64,000 bases of DNA from Candidatus Krumholzibacteriia bacterium (GCA_041484665.1 JBGPIA010000002.1:576001-640000), one strand, 5' to 3'. Shown: positions 1 through 10,673, counted from the first letter of the stretch. Numbers and translations are program-made. The notes: generated by a model not told the origin, from the sequence alone.

Positions 1-2
1 CG

Positions 3-1706
3 GTTGGGTCCGCTACCGAGGATGACGACCTTGCGCCGGTCCGTGCGCGGCGCCTCGTCCTCGTCCTCGTAGCAGGAGTACAGGTACGGCGTGTGGGCCT
101 CGAACTCGGCCGCACAGGTGTCGACGGCCTTGTAGACCGGCCGCACGCCCTGGGCGCGGCGGTGTTCGGCCAGCGTCCGCTCGTCGACTCCACACAGCGC
201 GGCGAGCTGCCGGTCGGAGAAGCCCAGCCGCTTGGCCTCGCGCAACTCTGCGCGCGACGGCAGCCCGCCACGAGTGGCGCAGCGCCGGCGCAGCTCCTCT
301 TCGGCCTCCACCATCGCGCGGATGCCGTTCAGGAACCACGGATCGATCGCCGTCAGCGCGTAGAGCTCCTCGGTCGTGAGACCGGCACGGTAGCCGTCGC
401 GCAGGACGCGGATGCGGTCGGGGCGCGCCTGGCGCAGCGCCTCCCGCACCGCGGCGGGATCGCGCAGCTGCGGGTCAAGACCCAGCCCGCTGCCGCCGTC
501 CTCCAGCGCGCGCAGCCCCTTGCCCAGCGCCTCGGCGAAGGTGCGGCCGATGGCCATCGTCTCGCCCACGCTCTTCATCTGCGTCGTGAGCGTGTCGTCG
601 GCGCCCGGGAACTTCTCGAAGGCGAAGCGCGGCACCTTCACCACCACATAATCCAGCGCCGGCTCGAAGCTGGCAGGAGTCACCTGCGTGATGTCATTGC
701 GCAGCTCGTCGAGCGTGTAACCCACGGCGAGGCGGGCAGCGATTTTGGCGATGGGGAAGCCGGTGGCTTTGCTGGCCAGGGCGCTGCTGCGGCTGACGCG
801 CGGGTTCACTTCGATCACGCGCCGCTTACCGTCGCGCGGGTCCACGGCGAACTGGATGTTGCAGCCACCGGTCTCGATTCCCAAGGCGCGGATGGCCTTC
901 AGCGCGTCGTCGCGCATGGCCTGGTACTCGACGTCGCTGAGGGTCTGCACCGGAGCGACAGTGATGCTGTCGCCGGTGTGGATGCCCATGGGGTCGAGGT
1001 TCTCGATCCCGCACACGATCACGGCGTTGTCCGCCCGGTCGCGCATCACCTCCAGCTCGAACTCCTTCCAGCCCAGCAGCGACTCCTCCACCAGCACCTG
1101 CCCGGCGGGGCTCTGGTCCAGCGCCCAGCGCACCGCGCGGTCGAGCTCCTCGAAGCTGCGCGCCACGGCGCCGCCGGAGCCGCCCAGCGTGAACGACGGG
1201 CGCAGCACCAGCGGGAAACCGATCGCGCGGGCCACCGCGCGCGCCTGCTCGGCGCTGCGCGCGAAGCCCCCGCGCGGGGTGGCGATCCCGATGCCCCGCA
1301 TCGTCTGCTCGAAGAGCTGGCGATCCTCCGCCATGCGGATCGTCTCGACGCGCGCGCCCAGCAGCTCGACCGAGTAGCGCTCCAGCACCCCGCTCTCGGC
1401 CAGGCGCACGGCCAGGTTGAGCGCCGTTTGCCCGCCCATGGTGGCCAAGAGCGCCTGCGGCCGCTCGCGCTCGATCACGCGCTCGACGGTGGCGGGCAGC
1501 AGGGGCTCGACGTAGGTGCGGTCCGCCAGGCGTGGGTCGGTCATCACGCTGGCCGGGTTGTTGTTGACCAACACCACGCGGTAGCCCTCGGCCTTGAGCG
1601 CGCGCACGGCCTGGGTCCCCGAGTAGTCGAACTCGCAGGCCTGTCCGATCACGATCGGCCCGGAGCCCAGCAGCAGGATGGTGTGGAGATCGTCCCGGCG
1701 CGGCAT
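3..1706 (-). CDS. carB: Carbamoyl-phosphate synthase large subunit (partial, runs off left edge)
   Basis: Manual translation from ATG at 1706: [33 protein letters not shown]..., also [19 protein letters not shown] and [24 protein letters not shown]. Not in the ORF track because its stop lies outside the window. Confidence 0.98.
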   Translation of the reverse strand, partial: MPRRDDLHTILLLGSGPIVIGQACEFDYSGTQAVRALKAEGYRVVLVNNNPASVMTDPRLADRTYVEPLLPATVERVIERERPQALLATMGGQTALNLAVRLAESGVLERYSVELLGARVETIRMAEDRQLFEQTMRGIGIATPRGGFARSAEQARAVARAIGFPLVLRPSFTLGGSGGAVARSFEELDRAVRWALDQSPAGQVLVEESLLGWKEFELEVMRDRADNAVIVCGIENLDPMGIHTGDSITVAPVQTLSDVEYQAMRDDALKAIRALGIETGGCNIQFAVDPRDGKRRVIEVNPRVSRSSALASKATGFPIAKIAARLAVGYTLDELRNDITQVTPASFEPALDYVVVKVPRFAFEKFPGADDTLTTQMKSVGETMAIGRTFAEALGKGLRALEDGGSGLGLDPQLRDPAAVREALRQARPDRIRVLRDGYRAGLTTEELYALTAIDPWFLNGIRAMVEAEEELRRRCATRGGLPSRAELREAKRLGFSDRQLAALCGVDERTLAEHRRAQGVRPVYKAVDTCAAEFEAHTPYLYSCYEDEDEAPRTDRRKVVILGSGPN

Positions 1707-1709
1707 GGA

Positions 1710-2867
1710 TCAGCGCTCCCAGGGGCGTGGGTGCGCCAGCCGGGCCAGGAACTCGTCCATCAGCGGTACGGCATCGTGGGGGCCGGGCGCGGCTTCCGGG
1801 TGGTACTGGACCGCATACGCGCGCAGCTCATCGCTGGCGATTCCCTCGACGGTGCCGTCGAACAGGCTGCGGTGCGTCACGCGCATCGAGGTGCCCGACA
1901 GCGAGGCGGCGTCGACGGAGAATCCGTGATTCTGGCTCGTGATGGACACCTGACCGGTGCGCTCGTCGCGCACGGGGTGGTTGGCTCCATGATGCCCGAA
2001 GGGGAGCTTGTAGGTGCGAGCGCCCGCGGCCAGCGCCAGGATCTGGTGTCCGAGGCAGATGCCGAAGATGGGGAGTCTGCCGAGCAGCGCGCGCGTGGCC
2101 GCGACCGCCGAGCTGCAGGCCGCCGGATCGCCGGGCCCGTTGGACAGCAACACCCCATCGGGGCGCGTATCGAGCACCTGCTCGGCGCTGGCGGAGGCCG
2201 GAAGCAGCGTGACCCTGCAGCCGGCGGCGACGAAGTGGGCCAGGATGCTGCGCTTGGCGCCAAAGTGCAGCGCGGCCAGGCATAAGCGCGGCGGGCCGGC
2301 GGTGGGCTCGAGGACCTCCGGTGCGCTGAGGGTGACGCGGGTGGTGAGCTCGCTGCCTTCCATCAGCGGGATCGCGCGCGCGCGCTCCATCAGCGCGGCG
2401 CCGAATCCCTGCTCGTCCGCCGGCGAGGCGGCGACTGCGGGCGGCAGCAGCGCCAGCACGCCGCGCAGCGCGCCGCGCGTGCGCAGCCGTCGGGTGATCA
2501 TGCGCGTGTCTACCCCTTCCACGGCCAGCACCCCCGCCTCCTCCAGCACCTGCTCCAGCCGCGCAGAGCGCCGCGCACCGCTGCGGGATCGACAGAGCTC
2601 GCGCACCACCAGGCCCGCCACCTGGACGCGCGATGACTCACCGTCGCCGTCGGGCATGCCGTAGTTGCCGGCGTGGGGGTAGGTCAAGAGCACGATCTGA
2701 CCGCAGTAGCTGGGATCGGTGAGGATCTCGGGGTATCCGGTCATCCCGGTGTGGAAGACGACCTCGCCCACGCCCTCGCCGCGCAGGCAGCCGAAGGCGG
2801 CGCCGCGGGCGATCGTGCCGTCCTCCAGAGCCAGCAGCGCGGGCGGTCCCGACGGCAGCAGGGTCAC
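1710..2867 (-). CDS. carA: Carbamoyl-phosphate synthase small subunit
   Basis: LALEDG, GEVVFHTGMTGYPEILTDPSY, SNGPGDP, catalytic GICLGHQ, QYHPEA. GTG start chosen at 2867; directly upstream of carB. Confidence 0.97.
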   Translation of the reverse strand: MTLLPSGPPALLALEDGTIARGAAFGCLRGEGVGEVVFHTGMTGYPEILTDPSYCGQIVLLTYPHAGNYGMPDGDGESSRVQVAGLVVRELCRSRSGARRSARLEQVLEEAGVLAVEGVDTRMITRRLRTRGALRGVLALLPPAVAASPADEQGFGAALMERARAIPLMEGSELTTRVTLSAPEVLEPTAGPPRLCLAALHFGAKRSILAHFVAAGCRVTLLPASASAEQVLDTRPDGVLLSNGPGDPAACSSAVAATRALLGRLPIFGICLGHQILALAAGARTYKLPFGHHGANHPVRDERTGQVSITSQNHGFSVDAASLSGTSMRVTHRSLFDGTVEGIASDELRAYAVQYHPEAAPGPHDAVPLMDEFLARLAHPRPWER

Positions 2868-2920
2868 GGGCGCCTCCCGGCACGCCCCGACGCGCGGCCG
2901 CGCGCCCGAGAGTCTGCGCA

Positions 2921-2950
2921 CGAAAACGCCCGCCCCACACGGGACGGGCG
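2921..2950 (-). terminator. Intrinsic terminator/attenuator hairpin upstream of carA
   Basis: Minus strand CGCCCGTCCC-GTGT-GGGGCGGGCG-TTTT: 10-bp stem with one G-U pair, followed by a short U tract. Confidence 0.6.
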
Positions 2951-2973
2951 CAGCGCGCAGGCCTGCTTCTTCC

Positions 2974-3053
2974 GGGGGACAAGCTGCGGGCCAGCCAATC
3001 CTGCCTCCTGCAACCGGGCCGCGACGGCAGAGAGGAGTGGCCCCAGGGCCCCC
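2974..3053 (-). ncRNA. Putative structured leader or small RNA upstream of carA
   Basis: Long irregular hairpin (GGGGG/CCCCC, CTGGGGCCA/TGGCCCGCAG, TCCTCTCTGC/GCAGGAGGCAGGA) lying between a sigma70 promoter and a terminator. Confidence 0.45.
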
Positions 3054-3069
3054 TCACAAGATCGGCGTG

Positions 3070-3098
3070 ACATTACCCACGGCGCGCGCCGCTGTCAA
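3070..3098 (-). promoter_or_regulatory. sigma70-type promoter for the carAB leader
   Basis: TTGACA (3098-3093), 17-nt spacer, TAATGT (3075-3070). Confidence 0.75.
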
Positions 3099-3178
3099 GG
3101 CGCAGCCGCGCAGTCCGCAAGCCGCGGCTCCGCCCGCCACGGTCACGTCGTGTCGGCAGCCTCCAGTCGCCACCGCGC

Positions 3179-3583
3179 TCACGCGCGCCGGATGTCGGGC
3201 GGTCGCCCCATCAGCCGTAGCGTGACCACGCGCACCAACCGGATGAGTGGATAGAGCAGGCGGACCAGTCCCGGCACGCGAACCACCACCCGCGCCAGCC
3301 GGTCCAGCGGGCGCAGCGGCGATGTCATCGCATCCAGCATCACGATGGCGGCGGCGCCGTGGTAGAGACGGCCGTCCACCTCCAGGATCATGCCGCGGTC
3401 GATGTCGTAGCCGCGGGCCGCGTACTGCTCGACCAGCCCCGGCTGCTGCCGAGCATCCAGCAGCGTGAGCCCGTAGCGGTCGCGCAGCCGCACCCAGGCC
3501 CCATAGCGGCTGCAGAAGGGGCAATCGCCGTCGTACAGCAGGAGGGCTCGCGACGCCTGGGACGCCGGCGTTGGGCTGGTCAT
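3179..3583 (-). CDS. DCC1-like thiol-disulfide oxidoreductase (DUF393)
   Basis: LLYDGDCPFC motif near the N-terminus, DGRLYHGAAA, C-terminal LYP..R. ATG at 3583. Confidence 0.85.
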   Translation of the reverse strand: MTSPTPASQASRALLLYDGDCPFCSRYGAWVRLRDRYGLTLLDARQQPGLVEQYAARGYDIDRGMILEVDGRLYHGAAAIVMLDAMTSPLRPLDRLARVVVRVPGLVRLLYPLIRLVRVVTLRLMGRPPDIRRA

Positions 3584-3928
3584 GCGCGTCCTTTGCTGCT
3601 GCCTCGGACTTGCGGCCGGCGCGGCGGAGAAGCCCCAAGCCCGCGCCAGGCCCCAGCTCGTGGCGGGTGTGAAGTGAATAGAAAGGCGAAGACCGTCGTG
3701 GCGGCAAGCCGCGCCCGGGCACGCTTGGACCGCCGCGGGCGCAGCCGCCGACCACGCGCGTAACCCGGTGCCAGCCCCAAGCGTACGATGGCGGGGCTGT
3801 GACCGATCGCGTGCGCCAGCCCGGACAGTTGGCGCTAGGTGACCGCGCCATGGCTTGTTAGCGTTGCCCGTCGCATCCCTCTGGTCCGCGTGACGCCACG
3901 CGCGGGCGCTGCCAGGAGATCCTCCACC

Positions 3929-6900
3929 ATGACGTATCGCGCACCGACCCTGCTCGCCCTGTTGCTCCCGGCGATGCTCGCCGCGGCTCTCCCCGCTCGG
4001 CGCATGGCGCTCGCGGCCGCGCCCTCCCCGACCTCTGGCGATACGCGCCTGATGCGCTTCCCGGACCTCTCCCGCGACCGGGTCGTCTTCACCTACGCGG
4101 GGGACCTGTGGACCATCCCGCGCGAGGGTGGCGAGGCGCGCAGGCTCACGGCGCACCCCGGCGACGAGCTGTTCCCGAAGTTCTCGCCGGACGGGCGTTG
4201 GATCGCCTTCAGCGGCGAGTACGACGGCAACGTCGACGTGTACGTCATCCCCGCCGAGGGCGGAGAGCCTCGGCGGCTGACCTGGCATCCCGCCGCCGAC
4301 CTCGTGCTCGACTGGAAGCCCGACGGCAAGCAGATCCTATTCCGCTCCACGCGCATCAGCTTCACGGAGCGGGTCCAGCGCCTATTCGAAGTCGGCATCG
4401 ACGGCGGTCTGGAACGGCCGTTGCCGCTGCCCTCGGGCGGGCTGGCCAGCTACTCGCCCGACGGCGGCAAACTCGCCTACAACCCCTCCTCCGCCGAATT
4501 CCGCACCTGGAAGCGTTACCGGGGCGGCTTCACCACGGCCATTGGCATCTACGACCTCCGCCAGAACAGCTACGAGGAGATCCCGCGCGACAACTCCAAC
4601 GACATGTTTCCGATGTGGTCGGGCAACGCGATCTACTTCGACTCCGACCGCGACGGGATCATGAATCTGTACCGCTACGACCTGGGCGACCGCAGCATCC
4701 GCCAGTTGACCCACGCCAGGGAGTACGACGTGAAGTGGCCGTCGCTGGGCGACGGTGCCATCGTCTACGAGGAGGGCGGCTGGCTGAACCTCCTCGATCT
4801 GGCCAGCGAGCAGAGCAAGCGTCTGCCGGTCCACGTCGACAGCGATAAGGTGATGGCGCGCCCCGAGCTGCGCAGTGTGTCGAGCTTCATCACCGCCGCC
4901 AGCCTCTCCCCCGGCGGAAAGCGCGTACTGATCGGCGCGCGCGGAGACGTGTTCACGGTGCCCGTGGAGCATGGCAGCGTGCGCAACCTGACCCAGAGCC
5001 CTGGGGTGCACGAGCTCAATCCCACCTGGTCACCCGACGGCGAGCAGATCGCCTATCTCTCCGACCGCAGCGGCGAGTACGAGCTGTACGTGCGCCCGCA
5101 GAAGGGCGGCGACGAGACGCGCATCACGCTCGACGGCGGCGTCTACCGCTACGGGCCCCTCTGGTCGCCCGATAGCAAGAAGCTCTTGTTCTGGGACAAG
5201 ACGCTGCGCCTGTGGTACGTGGACCTCGACCGGCGGACGCCGATCGAGATCGACCGCGAAGACTACCAGGACTTCGATGGTGGCGCCTGGTCCCCCGACA
5301 GCCGCTGGATCGCCTACACCAAGACCACCGCCGGCCAGACCCACGCGCTCTATCTCTACTCGCTGGAGAAGCGCGAGGTGACGCAGGTCAGCAGCGGCTT
5401 CTACGACGACCGCGCTCCGGCGTTCGCGCCCGACGGCAAGGTGCTCTACTTCATCTCGAGTCGGTACTTCCACCCGGCCGGCGACCGCTTCGACTGGCAC
5501 TTCGGCTACTTCGATACCGACGGGATCTTCGCGATCACGCTGCTGAAGGACGGGCCCAGCCCGTTCGGCCCGCGCAGCGACGAGGAGGGCCAGAAGGACG
5601 ACGAGGACGGCGGCAAGGACGGCAAGGGCGGGAAGGACACGAAGGACGCCAAGCAGGATGCCACGAAAGACACCAAGATAAAGGACGCCAAGGGAGGCGG
5701 CAGCGACGACGACCAGGGCGGCAAGAAAGAAGCTGTCGAGCCGGTCAAGGTCGACCTGGCAGGGCTGGGCGAGCGCATCGTGCCGGTGCCCGTCCCGCCC
5801 GGAAACTACTCGCTGCTGGGGCCATGCAAGGGAAAGCTGTTCTACCGCTCCACGCCGGTGCAGGCCCAGCAGCTTGGCCTGGACGAGCCCGACGATTCGC
5901 CCAGCACGCTGCACGTCTTCGATCTGAAGAAGCGCGAGGACAAGGTCGTCCTCGCCAGCATCACCCGATACGCTCTGGACAAGGAAGGCAGCAAGGTCCT
6001 CTACGTGGCCGGCCAGAAGTACGGAGTCGTGGACGCCGCCGATGGACAGAGTGTCGGCAAGGGCGCCGTCGACGTCTCCGGCCTGCAGACCTGGGTCGAT
6101 CCGCAGCAGGAGTGGAAGCAGCTGTTCCACGAGGCCTTGCGCATCGAGCGGGACTTCTACTGGGATCCGGCCATGAAGGGCTTGGACTGGAAGAAGATCG
6201 GCGACCGCTACGAGCAGCTGCTGCCCTACGTCGCACACCGCGGCGATCTCAACTATCTGATCGGTGAGCTGATCGGCGAGCTTTCGACCTCGCACACCTA
6301 CGTCAGTGGTGGCGATCTGCCAAAGCCCAAGCGCGTCAACGTCGGGCTGCTCGGCGTGGACTTCGAGGAGAGCGCGGGCTACTACCGCTTCGCGAAGATC
6401 TACAGCGGACAGAGCTGGAGCCCCCGCGCGCGGGCGCCGTTGGGCGAGCCGGGCCTGAAGGTTGCTGCGGGCAACTACCTGATCGCGGTCAACGGCCAGA
6501 GCGTGCGCGCTCCGGCGAACCCGTACTCGTTCTTCCAGGGCCTCGCCGACCAGGTGGTCACGCTCAAGCTCAACGACAAGCCCTCCACCGACGGGGCATG
6601 GGAGATTGTCGTTCAGACGCTGGGCAGCGAGACCCGCATGCGCTACCTCGACTGGGTCGAGGCCAACCGGCGCAAGGTGGCACAGGCCACCGGTGGCCGT
6701 GCCGGATACATGCACGTGCCCAACACGTTTACCGAGGGGCTGATCATGTTCGACCAGTACCTGTCGGCGCAGTTCGACAAGGACGGGCTGGTGATCGACG
6801 AGCGCTACAATTCCGGCGGCGCGATCCCCGATTTCTACACCGAGAAGCTCGGGCGGCGGCTGCTCGCGTTGCTGGCGCCCCGTGAGGGCAAGGACCAGCC

Positions 6901-7300
6901 CTGGCCGCCCACGGCCGTGTTCGGGCCAAAGGTGATGCTGGCCAATGAGTACGCGGGCTCCGGGGGCGACTGCTTCCCGTGGTTCTTCCAGAAGCAGAAG
7001 ATCGGCCCGGTGGTCGGCGCGCGCACCTGGGGCGGGCTGGTGGGCATCAGCCGCAACATCCCCATGATGGATGGCGGAGTCGTCACCGCGCCCGAGACCG
7101 CGTTCTGGACGCCCGACGGCGGTGGCCAGTGGATCGTGGAGAACAAGGGGGTCGATCCCGACTATCCGGTGCCCCAGCGGCCCGATCTGGTTGTGAGCGG
7201 TCACGACCCGCAGCTGGAGAAGGCGATCGAGCTGGTCAACCAGGGGCTCGCGCAGACTCCCAAGCGGCCGCAGCGCCCGGCGTACCCCAAGCAGCGGTAG
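3929..7300 (+). CDS. Tricorn protease homologue (peptidase S41, PD40 propellers, PDZ), secreted
   Basis: Signal peptide, LMRFPDL, repeated P.WSPDG, ELSTSHTY, IDERYNSGG, catalytic AGSGGD, GARTWGG, VENKGVDPD. AGGAGA RBS before ATG at 3929. Confidence 0.95.
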   Translation: MTYRAPTLLALLLPAMLAAALPARRMALAAAPSPTSGDTRLMRFPDLSRDRVVFTYAGDLWTIPREGGEARRLTAHPGDELFPKFSPDGRWIAFSGEYDGNVDVYVIPAEGGEPRRLTWHPAADLVLDWKPDGKQILFRSTRISFTERVQRLFEVGIDGGLERPLPLPSGGLASYSPDGGKLAYNPSSAEFRTWKRYRGGFTTAIGIYDLRQNSYEEIPRDNSNDMFPMWSGNAIYFDSDRDGIMNLYRYDLGDRSIRQLTHAREYDVKWPSLGDGAIVYEEGGWLNLLDLASEQSKRLPVHVDSDKVMARPELRSVSSFITAASLSPGGKRVLIGARGDVFTVPVEHGSVRNLTQSPGVHELNPTWSPDGEQIAYLSDRSGEYELYVRPQKGGDETRITLDGGVYRYGPLWSPDSKKLLFWDKTLRLWYVDLDRRTPIEIDREDYQDFDGGAWSPDSRWIAYTKTTAGQTHALYLYSLEKREVTQVSSGFYDDRAPAFAPDGKVLYFISSRYFHPAGDRFDWHFGYFDTDGIFAITLLKDGPSPFGPRSDEEGQKDDEDGGKDGKGGKDTKDAKQDATKDTKIKDAKGGGSDDDQGGKKEAVEPVKVDLAGLGERIVPVPVPPGNYSLLGPCKGKLFYRSTPVQAQQLGLDEPDDSPSTLHVFDLKKREDKVVLASITRYALDKEGSKVLYVAGQKYGVVDAADGQSVGKGAVDVSGLQTWVDPQQEWKQLFHEALRIERDFYWDPAMKGLDWKKIGDRYEQLLPYVAHRGDLNYLIGELIGELSTSHTYVSGGDLPKPKRVNVGLLGVDFEESAGYYRFAKIYSGQSWSPRARAPLGEPGLKVAAGNYLIAVNGQSVRAPANPYSFFQGLADQVVTLKLNDKPSTDGAWEIVVQTLGSETRMRYLDWVEANRRKVAQATGGRAGYMHVPNTFTEGLIMFDQYLSAQFDKDGLVIDERYNSGGAIPDFYTEKLGRRLLALLAPREGKDQPWPPTAVFGPKVMLANEYAGSGGDCFPWFFQKQKIGPVVGARTWGGLVGISRNIPMMDGGVVTAPETAFWTPDGGGQWIVENKGVDPDYPVPQRPDLVVSGHDPQLEKAIELVNQGLAQTPKRPQRPAYPKQR

Positions 7301-7385
7301 CTCGGCCCGGCGCGCCGCCGCGGCGCTACGTTGCGGCGCAGCGCCGCCACGGCCTACAGGGGCGACGCCGGACGGACCTTCGCGC

Positions 7386-10300
7386 TCAGGCGCGCTGCTC
7401 GCGCACCAGACGCCCGGGCGCCGGCGCCGCCAGGATCTGCCGCAGCATCGCCGGCTCCACGGGCTTGGTCAGATGGCTCTCGAAGCCGGCCGCGACGATC
7501 TGCTCGGCAGTCCCCTCGTCGCCGAAGCCGGTGAGCGCCAGCAGGCGCGCGCCGGCGGTGCTCGTCTCGCGGCGCAGCTCGCGCGCCACCGCGTAGCCGT
7601 CCAGGCCGGGCAGGCCGATGTCGCAGATGACGATATCGGGAGAGAAGGCCCGCGCTGCGTCCAGGCCCGAGTGCCCGTCGTAGGCAACGCGCACCGCGTG
7701 ACCGTACAGCTCCAGCAGCTCGCGTAGCCCATCGGCGGAGTCGCGGTGGTCGTCGATCACCAGCACGCGCCGCGGGGGCGCCTGCCCGACCTCCGCCAAC
7801 CGCCCCGCGGGCAGCGCAGCCTCCGCACGCAGGGGGAAGTGCAGCGTCACCGCGCAGCCACGTCCGCGCCCCTCGCTGCGCAGCTGCACGCCACCGCCAT
7901 GGGCCTCCACCAGCCCCTTCACGATGGAGAGTCCCAGCCCCAGGCCCCCGGTGCGGCGCTGCTGCGCCTCGCTGGTCTGCACGAAGGCCTCGAAGACGCG
8001 GGCCAGCTGCTCGGGCTCGATGCCGCATCCGGTATCCGCCACCGTCACGAATGCCTGGAGCGCCGGCTCGTCGGTGAACACGCGCAGGGCGATGCGTCCG
8101 CCGGGATCGGTGAAGTTGATGGAGTTGGACACGAGGTTGTCGAGCACCTGGGCAAACCGCAGCGGATCGATGTCGGCCCACACGGGCGACTTCGGCACCT
8201 CGCACTCCAGCAGCAGGCCCGCCGATTCCACGCGCGGTTGGGCGAGCTCGTACGCCTCCCTCACCAGATGGCAGAGGTCGCAGCGCTCCAGACGCAGGGT
8301 GAGCTTGCCGCTGGCGATGCGGGAAACCTCCAGGAGATCGTCGATGATGCGCGCCAGACGCGCCACCTGGCGTCCGAGGATGGCGCGCATCCGCTCCTGC
8401 GTGGCGCTGTCGCCCGGGCGCAGCGACTGGATCTCGAGGGCGTTGCTGATCGACCCCAAAGGGTTGCGCAGCTCGTGCCCGAGCGTGTGGATGTAGATGT
8501 CCTTCGCCTCGCTGGCGGCGGTCGCCTCCGCGTTGGCCCGGCGCTCGGCCTCGTACAGACGGGCGTTGTCCATGGCGATGGCCGCTTGCGCTGCCAGGGC
8601 GGTGACGATCTCCTCCTCGCGCTGCGTGAAGACCCCCGCGCGTGGGTGCCCCAGCAGCAGCACTCCGGACACCGCGCCTGAACGCGACACGATGGGAGCG
8701 GCCAGGTAGCTCACCATCGGCTCGACGTGGTCGTCGCGGGCGCCAGCGCCGGTGTGGGCGCCACCGTCCCTGCGCTCGGGAGCGCCACCGTCGCCCCCGG
8801 GAGCGGCACCGCGGTAGCGCGGATCCTCGCGCAGGTCGGCGCGCCGCACGATTTCCTGCCCCACCAGCGTCGCGCGCAGCAGTGACGTCCCCATCACCTG
8901 GGCCAGCAGGCCCTTTGCGGCGCCGTCGCCCGGCGGCGAGAGGGTGTGCTCCGGAACCGCCCCGACGCTCCCCGGAGGCGAGCTGCACGCGAACGCCACG
9001 CAACCGGCACCGGTGAGGTCGCGCGCGGCGTCGGTCACCGCTTGCAGCAGTTTGTGGACATCGAGCTCGGCGGACATCTGGCGGCTGATGGTCTGGGTGC
9101 GGCGCAGCGCATCTTCGCTGCGGCGGCGCTCGGCGACCTCGCCGCGCAGCGTGCTCATGGACTCCTCGAGCTCGGTGGTGCGCTCGCGCACGGCGATCTC
9201 GAAATACTGGGCGCGCAGCGTGGCCATTTCGCCAATGCGCACGGCGAGCGTCAGCAGGAACGCAAGCAGCAGGCTGGCCCCCAGCGCCACGTCAGGCAGG
9301 GGCGTGTTGAGCGCCGCAGCCAGCTCCGGCCGCGGCGTTACGGCGATCGACCAGGGGATCGTCCCAGGCAGGTCGACGCGCGCGCGCTCCTGCCACGGGC
9401 TGGCATCCCGGCCGTCCGGCTCGTCGCTGCGGAAGACTTCGTTCCCCTGGCAGAGGACGACCAGCGCGTAGCCCGGCGCCACGTTCTCCGCGATGGGCGC
9501 GAATGCGCCCTGGGTGGAGAAGACACCGGACATATATGCGTTGATGCGTCCGCTCGAGACCACCGGCACCAGCACGCGGAACGCGAGCCCGCCGTCCTCG
9601 AACGGAAAGGGGCCGGCGATGATGGGCTCGAAGGTGCGGCGTGCCTCGCGCAGCGCCTGCAGGCGCAGGCTGTCGGACTCGGCGGTCGCCGCCAGCGCGC
9701 GCGGTGTGTCCTGCATCGCGGCCAGCACTCTCGACACGTAGGCCGGGTCGATCCACTCGATCGTCTCGAAGCCGCGGATCGGACCGAAGCTGAGCCGGGC
9801 GTCGGTCTGCCAATCCTCGCGCGAGTGCCAGCCTACCTTGTCGCCGTGGCGGCCCAGGCTCGTCAGGGCGTCGGCAATGAACTGCATGCGATCCTTGAGC
9901 TCACCGCCCACGCCCTGCGCCGTGGCGTGCACCAGCCCCCGCGCGTGGGCCACTTCCCGCGCCTGCAGCCCCTGCCAAACGAGGACGCCGGCCACCGCAG
10001 CGATCGCCCCCACCATGGCGGACTTCCACCACCCGCTGTGCCGCCCGGCGCGCCAGTCCGTCAGCAGGGAGAAGGCCACCATCCCGCCGCCCTGCACCAG
10101 GAAGCCGAACCCCACCAGCAGCGGGAGGCGCGTCTGCGCATCCCAGCCAAACGCGCGGGGCAGCCCCACGGCGTAGCCGAAGCACGTAACGGCCCCCACC
10201 ACCAGGATGGTCGAGCCCAGCAGCGCTCCCATGAAGCCGCGCTGGCGCACGGTGAAGAACGCGAGCCCCGACAGGGCGAACGTGACCGCCATCGTGACCG

Positions 10301-10673
10301 CAAGCCCCTCGGGCGGCGAGATCGACGCCGGCCTCTGCCCGAAGAGGATCGCGTCGACCCCCAGGCCGATTCCCATCAGGCACTGGCCCAGCAGCAGCAG
10401 CGAGTAGAGAGAGAGCAGCCCGGCCAGGATGGCGGTCAGAAGCCGCACGCCGCGGTGCAGCGCCAGCAGACATCCGCCGGCGAGCACGAATCCCACCGCC
10501 GTCTTGGCCGGCAGCAGCGCCAGCTCGGGCGGCAGCCGCAGCCATGCCAGAGCATCGAGCTCCCAGCCGGTCAGCAGAGCGATCCCGAGCAATCCGGACG
10601 TCGCCCCGGCGACGGCGGGGAGGGCGGCAATGGCGCCCGGTTGGGAGGTGCGGCGTGCGATGGCGGACATCAT
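7386..10673 (-). CDS. Membrane hybrid sensor histidine kinase (TM helices, CHASE-like, GAF, HisKA, HATPase, REC)
   Basis: H-box GHELRNPL, NLVSNS, DTGCGI, GGLGLGL, C-terminal receiver VLVIDDH...CDIGLPGLDG...LTKP. Start position approximate. Confidence 0.93.
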   Translation of the reverse strand: MMSAIARRTSQPGAIAALPAVAGATSGLLGIALLTGWELDALAWLRLPPELALLPAKTAVGFVLAGGCLLALHRGVRLLTAILAGLLSLYSLLLLGQCLMGIGLGVDAILFGQRPASISPPEGLAVTMAVTFALSGLAFFTVRQRGFMGALLGSTILVVGAVTCFGYAVGLPRAFGWDAQTRLPLLVGFGFLVQGGGMVAFSLLTDWRAGRHSGWWKSAMVGAIAAVAGVLVWQGLQAREVAHARGLVHATAQGVGGELKDRMQFIADALTSLGRHGDKVGWHSREDWQTDARLSFGPIRGFETIEWIDPAYVSRVLAAMQDTPRALAATAESDSLRLQALREARRTFEPIIAGPFPFEDGGLAFRVLVPVVSSGRINAYMSGVFSTQGAFAPIAENVAPGYALVVLCQGNEVFRSDEPDGRDASPWQERARVDLPGTIPWSIAVTPRPELAAALNTPLPDVALGASLLLAFLLTLAVRIGEMATLRAQYFEIAVRERTTELEESMSTLRGEVAERRRSEDALRRTQTISRQMSAELDVHKLLQAVTDAARDLTGAGCVAFACSSPPGSVGAVPEHTLSPPGDGAAKGLLAQVMGTSLLRATLVGQEIVRRADLREDPRYRGAAPGGDGGAPERRDGGAHTGAGARDDHVEPMVSYLAAPIVSRSGAVSGVLLLGHPRAGVFTQREEEIVTALAAQAAIAMDNARLYEAERRANAEATAASEAKDIYIHTLGHELRNPLGSISNALEIQSLRPGDSATQERMRAILGRQVARLARIIDDLLEVSRIASGKLTLRLERCDLCHLVREAYELAQPRVESAGLLLECEVPKSPVWADIDPLRFAQVLDNLVSNSINFTDPGGRIALRVFTDEPALQAFVTVADTGCGIEPEQLARVFEAFVQTSEAQQRRTGGLGLGLSIVKGLVEAHGGGVQLRSEGRGRGCAVTLHFPLRAEAALPAGRLAEVGQAPPRRVLVIDDHRDSADGLRELLELYGHAVRVAYDGHSGLDAARAFSPDIVICDIGLPGLDGYAVARELRRETSTAGARLLALTGFGDEGTAEQIVAAGFESHLTKPVEPAMLRQILAAPAPGRLVREQRA

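Noticed and set aside
93..2285. 730-aa plus-strand ORF
   Set aside because: Antisense shadow of carB/carA caused by high GC; no recognisable motifs. The same applies to 5030-7204, 8946-11849, 16671-19655, 37668-39929 and similar long ORFs.
2960..3055. SRP (4.5S) RNA or tRNA identity for the hairpin (contains CCGGAAGAAGCAG)
   Set aside because: Lacks the CAGG-stem-GNRA-stem-AGCA arrangement at the hairpin apex, and has no T-loop or CCA end for a tRNA.
2864..3073. 69-aa ORF as a carA leader peptide
   Set aside because: Its ATG lies inside the predicted -10 box, upstream of the predicted transcription start.
3584..4288. Long N-terminal extension of the DCC1-like ORF
   Set aside because: Overlaps the tricorn gene antisense; the recognisable domain starts near ATG 3583.
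5578..5730. AAGGAC-rich repeats (K/D/G-rich) within the tricorn gene
   Set aside because: Low-complexity charged linker commonly seen at this position in bacterial tricorn homologues; not a CRISPR array or mobile repeat.
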